Source of the DNA: Lingula anatina
Taxonomy: Eukaryota > Animalia > Brachiopoda
Reading direction: 5' to 3'
DNA: 64,000 bases
Assembly: GCA_051362555.1 (NCBI GenBank)
Contig: CM120646.1
Location: 13,330,001-13,394,000 of the forward strand
A model generated the notes under the pieces. It did no database searches. It was given only the letters and a program-made list of their open reading frames with translations, and was not told the DNA's origin. This document shows positions 13,529 through 22,498 of the stretch, piece after piece (the stretch's first letter is position 1; each line of letters starts with the position of its first letter). Both the position numbers and the translations under genes were made by a program.

Positions 13529-16500
13529 TATAATAATACAGTGCGATATGAATTTTTCTAATGACATGGTGCCTTACTCAAACTGGAGAAAGTAAATCAG
13601 CCCTGAGAATTTGAATCACAAAGATGAAGATAAGAATATACAAATACAATGCACTGTCATTACGTCATAAACATAAAAAATAATGCAATTGTCATTATAT
13701 TGATATGATTTCAACAATATCTAAGGCCTTATCTAAGCCTATTATCTTACGATAAACCATAACGATATTATATCGTTTTTACATATTTATCTTTGCTACC
13801 TTATATCAACCACCATGTGGCACCAGTGACACTCACCAACATTATTCCTTTGCCGGTGTCTTTATAATTGTCATCTCCATAATTTACGATTCATAACATG
13901 TCCAGTTCAATTGTAAAAAAATAATCTCAAAATAATGTTGTAACCTACTCAGCAGTTCTCCATTCCCTTTCGAGGTCAAAGTAAATGTAGCATGAGTCTT
14001 GGACTTGTTGCCAACCGGTTGGGCAGTTGTCCACCATGGCTGAAATGTAATAGACTGTGCTCACAAAATAGGTGTGACAGGAATGGTAGTCCACTAAGAA
14101 CCATACTCGTAGTCCGTTCCCCATTACTTTGTACAGGTGGCATTCGTCCCATATACTAACCCAATACTCTAACTAACCCAACCTGCATTTATCATATGGG
14201 GCTCTGGACTTCCATTCCTAGGAGTAGCATTCCTCTTTTCTTGGAAGAAATTCCACAAATGATATGAATATCACAAATACAAATGCATGCTTTAAGTATT
14301 GTTTACTTCATTCATATTAAGAGTACAAAAATCTTCGTTAAAACGTTTTTGTTAAAGAAATACCTTTTTGTCTCTTGCAAATGTAAGGTTTTGCAATGAA
14401 GCAATTTGCATCACGTAGCTCTCCCAGGTAAGTGCCATTTCGTTTTACCCACATTTCAGCACAGTTCTGTTCGCCCTTTCCATTATCATTCGGTTCTTGA
14501 TCAGCCCAATCACTGCACAAATGGAACATCAACAAAATATATATTGTGAGTTATTTCATACCTCTTGCTAAATAACATATAATTAATAATGACTGTTATT
14601 AAAATGAACGGTATAAACATTTAACGTCAAGACGAAAAGAATGAATCAAATGACAATACAATAACGTCACCATTGCAATATGATTTAAATAAGACTTTGT
14701 TTATAAATGCATGGGTCACTTGTAAAAACCTCGAACAATTCAAATCTGTCAACTTTTAAAACAATTAACGAATTGATTAAAACAAACACGGAGCTCAGAA
14801 AATGCCAAAAACGAAGGAAAAATAGCCTATTAATTTTACAAACATTTTCAGCGCTGGATTTTCTCCTTTGACCCACTTCCACGTTCCCTCCTTCTCTTCA
14901 TCCGTCAATCCTATCCACCAGCTGAGGTTCTCGGGGTCTGTTTGACTTAAACGTTCGGACGTTTTAAAAACGAAATTCTGAAAGCATTTTGGTCGAGAAA
15001 AAATAAATATATGTATGGTGTAAAATTCGAGGTTATCACACAATACTTACGTACAATACCTATTAAAGTTATTAGTGGGTAATTATCTTTACCCCCTAGA
15101 TGATTCGGTAGGCGTGATAGATATTTAAGCTGGTTAAGTTGATAGCAATTTAGTGAGACTCTCCAGGGAGTTAGACCGATCCAAACGGATCGATCTAGGT
15201 ATGGAAACCCAGTCTATTTACGTACTAAGGACCGATCTATCTCAGAGGGGATTCTCGCTAAATTGCAATAAACTAAAGCGGCTTTAATGTCTGTCACGCC
15301 TACTGAAGCTGCTAGGGATAATTAATTGTTGTTTAGCAGCTTCAGTAGGCGTGTCAGACATCTAAGCCGCTTGAGCTGAAAGCTATTTAGCGAGAAAGCC
15401 CTTGGAGATGGATAGATCCTGTTCGATCGTTCTAGGCATGGGAACCCAGTCTTATGCATCCGTTATAAATCTACCTTTTCATCCACATTTTCAAACCACA
15501 CCAAATCCCCTAGTCTGGCTTGGCAGGATTTCCTGGCTTCGTGCCACTTTCTACGCATTTTGCTAGGGTTGAACTGAAAACAGTGATCACTGACGGGGCT
15601 GCTTACCCATCCTGCTGGACACAGCTGACCTGCCACTGGACAAAAGAACCATTAGCATATGTTAGTAACTGGACCTTTAATATCATGGAATATTGCATGG
15701 TGGCGTGCCCAAAGCTCACAGCATGCTGCTGTGGTTTATAGGGTCTCGGTTTACATCGTCACCATGTTTACGCCAATTAACACTTGATAATTAAATCAGT
15801 CAATGTGTTATTAAACAAATATCAAAAGAGCACCTAGTAACTGTAACGACGGAAAACGCCCTTGCAGTACATGTATTCGTTTGACACATAATAGGATTGG
15901 CCTAATTTGTATATTCTTCTCTTAAATTATACGAATGGAGATTCTTTATACGAGTGATGAGATTAAACGAACCCCAAATAATTAGATTGAGGAATTGGGC
16001 ATGCCTTTTCACAACTATCAGGTATCTATGATTTTCTAACCCCAACTGAATAAGACCAAGATACAAGTTTACAACAAGACTACTTTTTTAAAAAGGCTAG
16101 GGTGCACATTATATATTACATGTGCAATGAAAGGCCCTAGTAAGCAAACAGAGTTAGGTTGAGAATATATTAAATACAGGCCCGTAGCCAGCAATTTGAA
16201 AAGGGGGGTTATTTTTCTGAAAAAGTGGACCTTTTCCAATAAACACCTCATGTACCAAGATCAAATTTTACCCAGAGTAGACCTTTCCCAGCAAAAGGGG
16301 AAGTTCTTTCGAACCCCCCGAATCCCCCCCCCCCTGCATGTCTACGGGCCTGAAATAATACGAACGCCGCACGAGTAACATTTAAAAATCAACATCAGCC
16401 AAAAAGAATATTAAAACGAAGACTTGTACTATCTGCACTACACGGAAAAATAAACATAATTACGTTAAGGATGCATAATTTAATGTATGTGCCACCACAT

Positions 16501-16569
16501 TAAAAAAAATCAACTGTTATACTTACCGTACGGCAGAATAACCAGTGCCAGGTGAAAAGACGGCGTCAT
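1..16569 (-). CDS. Macrophage mannose receptor-like multi-C-type-lectin-domain protein (>=8 CTLDs); 3' end lies outside the window
   Basis: Phase-consistent GT-AG exons, 5'->3': 16527-16569 (signal peptide MTPSFHLALVILPY), 15475-15635, 14844-14977, 14364-14512, 13949-14039, 12829-12958, 12539-12645, 12123-12238, 11572-11701, 10940-11016, 10114-10239, 9796-9897, 9490-9651, 8959-9038, 6897-7050, 6634-6669, 6199-6363, 5711-5830, 5139-5249, 4767-4826, 4251-4430, 3860-4023, 3307-3486, 2542-2660, 2051-2199, 1635-1843, 1166-1299, 269-483, 1-28. Repeated CTLD hallmarks: CPxGW..CY, W.(D/E)A..C, WIGL, EPN, WxD, YICK. Thr/Pro-rich linkers separate the domains. Confidence 0.93.
7662..8920. mobile_element. 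Probable non-autonomous DNA element(s) with long hairpins in a lectin-gene intron
   Basis: A ~97-bp imperfect palindrome (7662-7758) is centred on cgagcgtcagcgag. 8670-8918 recurs inverted at 36074-36152 plus 37203-37360. Boundaries are approximate. Confidence 0.55.
15065..15452. mobile_element. Fold-back MITE-like repeat family A
   Basis: Internal inverted repeats (ctcgctaaattgc/gctatttagcgag; ctgtcacgcctactgaagctgcta/tagcagcttcagtaggcgtg). Related copies at 35715-35960, 38688-38925 and 39760-39910. Confidence 0.75.
16177..16352. mobile_element. MITE with CAGGCCCGTAG termini and 5-bp TSD (aaata)
   Basis: Terminal inverted repeats flanked by aaata on both sides. A second, inverted copy lies at 50481-50648. 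Confidence 0.85.
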
Positions 16570-16908
16570 TTTGTGCTGTACACAGGTCGAAGGAAAACCC
16601 AATAATGTCATGGGATTCACAATTCACACCACCGGTGATATGATAGGATTCACCAAAAGCCCAATTGGGCATCCTGTCACCTGTTTATCATAATCGTTAA
16701 AACACTATCACGATGTTCACTTCAACAACAGATACCGGACACTGTCCTAAACTCCAAGTACGGAAATTATCTAAGGTCTATCGTGATAGCAATTTCATAG
16801 TGGCGTTGAATCGATTGATAATGGGTAAATATCTATTCGTGGGACGATAATACATCATTTGAGTACAGGTAGTCATAATGGGACGTCATAAAAAAATAAA
16901 ACCACATA

Positions 16909-17147
16909 CACACACTGGACAATAGAAGTTTCACCCCTACTGAACCAATACTTTGTGGGAGATGAATGACTGTGGAATGATATACTCCTGGTATCATTTT
17001 ATTAACATCAAATGTCACTAAAGAAACGGTTCTAACTTAACAATTCAACAGCATCGATATTCTGACATTGCTTATATTCCGCCTCTTCAGGTTAATAACT
17101 TTGATTACTCTGATTCAGGGGGTGACACTTCTATTGTCCAGTGTGTG
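16909..17147. mobile_element. Tc1/mariner-type MITE (TA TSD)
   Basis: ta|cacacactggacaatagaagt ... acttctattgtccagtgtgtg|ta. The same element is at 27011-27249 in unit B, so it predates the duplication. Confidence 0.75.
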
Positions 17148-18934
17148 TACACTGTTGGAAGAACTGAAACTTAATCCTTATAAGCGCAGAATACATATAC
17201 GTTATATATTTTGTAAAAGAACAGCATACATTTACACATGCACATTGGGCCTCGCAAAAAAACCACACTTTACTTTCGGTTTAATGAGCATGTTTACCTA
17301 GAGAAAAAAGTGTATTTTGGATCAGGTCAGATCACACTGGCTCATGCCTAGAAAATTCAGAAGCAAAACGAAATGTCAACGAACGTGTACTCGCTTTCAC
17401 TACTACACTGTGCGTCAGTGAACAGAAGTTGGACGTTAGGGTGGTGGGTGGGGGTGAGGCAATATCGTTCGTTTTGACTTTCCCCATTTCCAATGTTTAA
17501 TTTGCAAACAAACTAAGCCAAATCTGTATAAAGAGATAACAACTCTTCATATGATGCTCCAAAATCCACAATAAATACATCAGAAATGTGAAATAAATTC
17601 CAATTTACCACCAAAATGGCGGTTATCGCAATTATTCTGGAATCTGTGCTTGCCACTGGTCCACAGTGACCCTCATGGATGGGTTCCCTTCGTGATGATT
17701 TCTTAGAGGTTATTTAAAAAACTACACAAAAAAATTCAATTGACTAACTTTTAATGTCGAAACGGATTCAACAACCAAAGTAAAGTATTCGGAAATTGTC
17801 GTTTACCCCAGTAACGTAAAATCCGTTTTACGGCACTTTTCCCGCCAAAATGAAGAGTTATCATCCCTTTAAATATCTCTTCTTCCACAGAAGAATTTTG
17901 CTGAGCGCCCGATCACCGCCATTTTAATTCACAATAGATTTGATCCGGATAAACATTTTTCTGTAACTTTATTTGCGTCGTACATTGAAGCACCCAATGT
18001 CTATAATTCGACTAATTATCTGAACTGCGGTATCATATAGTTAAATCTAAATGAAGAAGATCGTCCCTATCTAAACTTCATGCTAATGTAGGCATTACTA
18101 TTAAGGTTATTTTGTCTCCAAATAAATAGGGTCTAAACTGAACAATTCTTGCAGTCGTTGTATTAAACTGAACCATCAACTATATTTATGGCTGTATTGA
18201 TGTACCAGCCGATACTAGTACTGATGTTTGTGCAGGTTGGAAACCTTACTGATGTTTCCCGTTTCATTTGAAAAAGAGGCATGCCTACCGAAAAACGTAT
18301 CATTTAAAAATCTTCAACCAAACGATAAATTGATGTAATGTTTATTTGGTTATATCCACAACAAATTAAAACGTTCAACGTGACTTTTGTGGCTATTTCA
18401 TATATTTGACATTGGCATTATTAACGCTACTATTTCATTTTTGTACTTTTTATTAAAGTAATTGAATAACAAATTTTTTGTGTATTTTTCTATTCAATAA
18501 ATTACAGTATCATCCTTAGTGCACATCAAAGCGCAATTGTTTATGAAATACCACACCCAGTACTTAAAAGTAATAATTCATATATGTGCGTTCATACCCA
18601 GCATGATATATTTCAAGTATAATATATAACCCTTACACCTTGCAAGCTTCACTACCCAACCCAACTCCTAAGGCAATAATATACATACATGAATATTAAG
18701 GTATTGTCCCCAGAAAATGGATCATGACCCGAAAACACCACGTTGTAGTCCATAAATCAAACTGCCTTTACTACATTCCAAGCACATGTATGCAAGTTAC
18801 AACGTGCTTTTGATATATCACCGACGCGAGATTTACATGTAAATGGCCCAAGAAAAATAAATACATTACACATTCAAACAATGGATTAATAAAATTTTTT
18901 CAATCAAAGACACTGATATGAAAGAAATGTTCAA

Positions 18935-21900
18935 TCAAATAATGTCACCACAGAAGACACAAAATGTGTTGAGAATATAACGACACAGGGTCCCAAGCCT
19001 TGATCGTGGAAATTGTGTCTCATTATTCACAACAACCATTGTATGATGATCTAAGATTTCCTTCCATTTCGGCATTTCGCGGTTCTTATCATACCGATAT
19101 GTTTGGCAAATATTGACCACATTGATCGATCGAGCGAATTCTGCACCCAGCATTGTCAAAGCATGCTCTTTTGTATCAGAACTTTTTTCAGGATGCACAC
19201 CAAACACTTGGTGTGAATATCGAGCAGCGGTCTTTGCAAGAAGTTGGGATAAGGTTACCACCTTGTCTTCAGTAATAATTTGAGTCAAATACTCCAGAAT
19301 GCATTCGCGAATAAAAGAGTTTCGTTCTTCAAATTTCATAACAACTTCATTTAACTCCGATGTCATGTTACCTTGTCGTGCGATGGTGTTATGTAGCGAG
19401 CTAAGCGGCTTCAGCAAAACAGCATTCGTTTTCATAAACACTCCGCCATGCATATACAATAGTACAAGTGGCATTAATGTTGTATCATAATTGCTATGTT
19501 GCGTTTCTCTCGATTTGACCATTTCCAAAAAGCTTGCAATAGGTTCCGTGAAAGTGTTGGGGTCATACTGGGTAAGTTGATCCAACATCATGCCCAATGT
19601 GTAGTTCTGAACGGCCACGTGATACCCGACTTCTGTGAACAGTTGCACATCCGACTGACCCAAAGTGTTGCTATATATTAACACCTTCGCAAAGGGGTGA
19701 TGGTAAAATATACTTTCTATTGAACGACGTTCTTTCAGAGAAAGGAAAGAAGACCAGGACAAAAGGGAGAATATTAATTCGTTTCTGAGAGGGGCATCTG
19801 GGATATTTAGAGGAACAATGCCAAAAGTTATAGCAGTTTCGCGGAAGTCATGTCGTTTTTGAATCTCATGCCACAAAGTAGCACGCAACCGCATCATCTT
19901 ACCGCCGTTTGGATTAGGTTGCGGGCGATCCCAGTCAAACCCTTCAAGTCCCGAAAACGTCTTCGTTTTGCCTTCACCCTTAGTAGTGACTCTGTGGAAC
20001 AAATCTGATAACCCTTCGAGTCGATAGTGAGAACCTCCCGGCAGATGATCTGTGTGAACAAATACGACTGGTGTGCCCATGGCAACAGAGGGTAATGCGC
20101 AATGGAGCCTTGATGTTATAACCAATTTCGCACGTGCGTATCGTTTAATCAAACTATACACGTGCTCCATCAGTGACCATGCATTGATTCGCACAACGTG
20201 TGATATTGAAATAAGAGATGCTTTAATATGGTGGGGAACGATTTCTTTTAAAGTACTGTTATCAACGTCGACAACAATTATTTCTTGGCCTCTTTCGTGC
20301 TTATCAAACGGGTTTTCCAGTAAAAGGGTGGCACATCCCGACAGGTACGAGTCTACGTTGTTGTCTAATAGGCTTCGTACAGTGAACGTATCACGCGCAC
20401 CAACTAGACCTTTGTCGTGAATATAGTTTGCATTTGTTTTCTTTAAAAACGATCTTTGTAAAAACTGGTTGGTCATATGCATTGATATCAACAATGGATC
20501 TACATAAGGTGGAGGAGGCCATGTGGTTTCCAGCCCGTACCATGCATTGATGATCATTGTGACAGTTTCTTTCTTTTTTTCGGTTGGTGTCTTTTGTTTT
20601 GGGTTGTTACCAATGCTAGACACAGACCAATCCTCTCGGTCGACACATCTGTCCAAGTAAGGCAGAAATTGCAATGCTGCCCAACTTTGCATTTCATCTC
20701 CCAAGTTGTGTGATCGCCCGGTGTAGCAGAGCATGCCGTAGTGATTTTGTCTCGGGGGTAATTTTATCAAAACCTCACTAGGACTGGCTTTTGTTATCAA
20801 ATTACTATCCTGTTTCAACTGAAATGCAAGAGACTCTATATTCCAAGTTTTGGCATTTTCGTTTTTTAAATAGTTTATATGAGTTTCTGTCATGACCCGT
20901 TCAATAAACGGTGACCCTTTCTCAAAACGTGACTGTAGGAACATACTACTGTTGCTGATCCATTCACCAATGAAGAAATCATCCGGTATTGGGGAAGGAA
21001 TGTCGTACAAAAGATTAAGGTACAGCCCACCATAGTTCCACAACACAAGCAGAACGCTTACCTGATGCAAATATGAGATGAAACGTTCACCATGCTTATG
21101 ACGGTAATATATAGATTCTGAGACAAATTTTTTAAGAGGTGTATCCTTAGCCAAATAACGTAGAAACAGACGAGTTGCTGCAACATTTCTGAATTTACCC
21201 GCCAATTGAATCCTGTTTATTTGATCTTCACAATGCTCGCTCCCACAAAATACAGTTACGTTTCGATTAGAGTTGGAAAAGAAGATTTGCTGGATCTTGG
21301 TTTCTAAATGTGCCGGGATTGCCCTATAATCTGACCACACTAACAGTAAATCCATCTTCGTATCAGTGTAATTAGTGTTTATATCCTCTAAGTATCCGTT
21401 CTTGATCTTCTTACTTCCGTTAGCCTTTAAGTCTTCATCTGTTTTCCCAACAATGCCTCTTGGTTCATCTTTTGCGTGTTTTCCTGAAATTTGATGTCTC
21501 GCACCCTGGTGAAGAAAGAGAATAAATTGTGTTTTTCTTGATGCCTTTACACCTGTTCTGTACATGGGCTAGTAATTGCAGCGCAGTCTAGACTTCTCAT
21601 ATTTAAAAATCTGCGTGGGCAAAGGTTTATTTTTGAGATATAACATGGAGGGGGTTTAACCTTAAAAGGGGAAAGGCACCACCTGACGGATTCAAAGGAA
21701 TGAACCATGATGTCTTACTGTGCTAATTAAGTGGCGCCAAAACTCAACATTCACTGTCTTTTTCATGGTAAATACCTTGGAATATAGCTGCTTGAAAAGT
21801 TTTAATGCAAGGGTCGTGTAAGTGCAGTAGACATACAGAATGTTCCAATGTTAAGTGTAAAGATTAACAATTTGCAGGTGTATGTCAATCATAATCCTAT

Positions 21901-22239
21901 CGAGTTTAAAACTCACAAATAAAGGCATAATGCTATACATGAAAAGACTTAAGCATAATTTGTCCTTAGCAAAGTATACTACTTTCTGCGTTCCTTGTTA
22001 TTTTTCTTTGAGAAAAATGCCGTTTTCAGTTGGTGTAATAATTAATCTATCAACTATCTCTTAATCCTGATAAATAAAGATGCTCAGGAAGTGGCTTTGT
22101 ACTTTCGATTTCAAACACTGTCATCATTAATTATATTACTTACCATGAAATGAAGTGCATTCCAAAAGATCTGAAGTATGAGAAGAACAAGTATTCCAGT
22201 AAAGAAAACCAGCTTTGGTCTTTGTGACATTCGAAGCAT
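18935..22239 (-). CDS. Type II membrane protein: GT32-like (degenerate) + polysaccharide pyruvyltransferase + GT32-like (degenerate); copy A, 888 aa
   Basis: Exon 22144-22239 encodes MLRMSQRPKLVFFTGILVLLILQIFWNALHFM with a GTAAGT donor. It splices in phase 0 to the 2571-nt exon 18935-21505 (acceptor ttcttcaccag). Pyruvyltransferase motifs: HNLGDEMQS, NAWY, WPPP, ISMH, GARD, YLSGCATL, VITSRLHCALPSVAMGTPVV. GT32-type motifs on the N side: DTPL..LWNYGGLYLNL..FEKGSPFI. On the C side: RRSIESIFYHHP..LYMHGGVFMKTN..FEERNSFIRECILEY..CVFCGDII. Confidence 0.88.
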
Positions 22240-22297
22240 CGTGCTTGAAGATCTGTAAATACAATAAAAGAAAAATAATATGGGTTTCACGACGTGC

Positions 22298-22373
<76 letters not shown>

Positions 22374-22406
22374 CCCAGTATTGTGGACGTGCTATTATAT
22401 ATATAT

Positions 22407-22470
<64 letters not shown>

Positions 22471-22498
22471 CACGTCCACAATACTGGGTAACAACAAT
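22298..22498. repeat. (TA)n microsatellites with a fold-back inverted repeat
   Basis: Two TA tracts. The second is flanked by perfect ~31-bp inverted arms (22364-22498). Confidence 0.9.

Larger units (their letters stand above)
16779..22292. repeat. Segmental duplication unit A
   Basis: Colinear with 26876-32340, from tatcgtgatagcaatttcat to just before the (TA)n tract. Includes the gene, its intron and ~2.1 kb of 3' flank. Confidence 0.95.

Noticed and set aside
17406-17668. Transib/RSS-like element with CACTGTG...CACAGTG ends
   Set aside because: The inverted match is short and imperfect, and neither duplicate shows a 5-bp TSD.
19299-20420. Plus-strand ORFs overlapping the glycosyltransferase and GPCR exons
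   Set aside because: Antisense shadows of real coding sequence.
21506-21565. ORF-track start codons for the 876-aa and 864-aa ORFs (21565, 31596)
   Set aside because: They differ between paralogs and lie in the polypyrimidine tract before a shared CAG acceptor. A conserved upstream TM-encoding exon provides the start.
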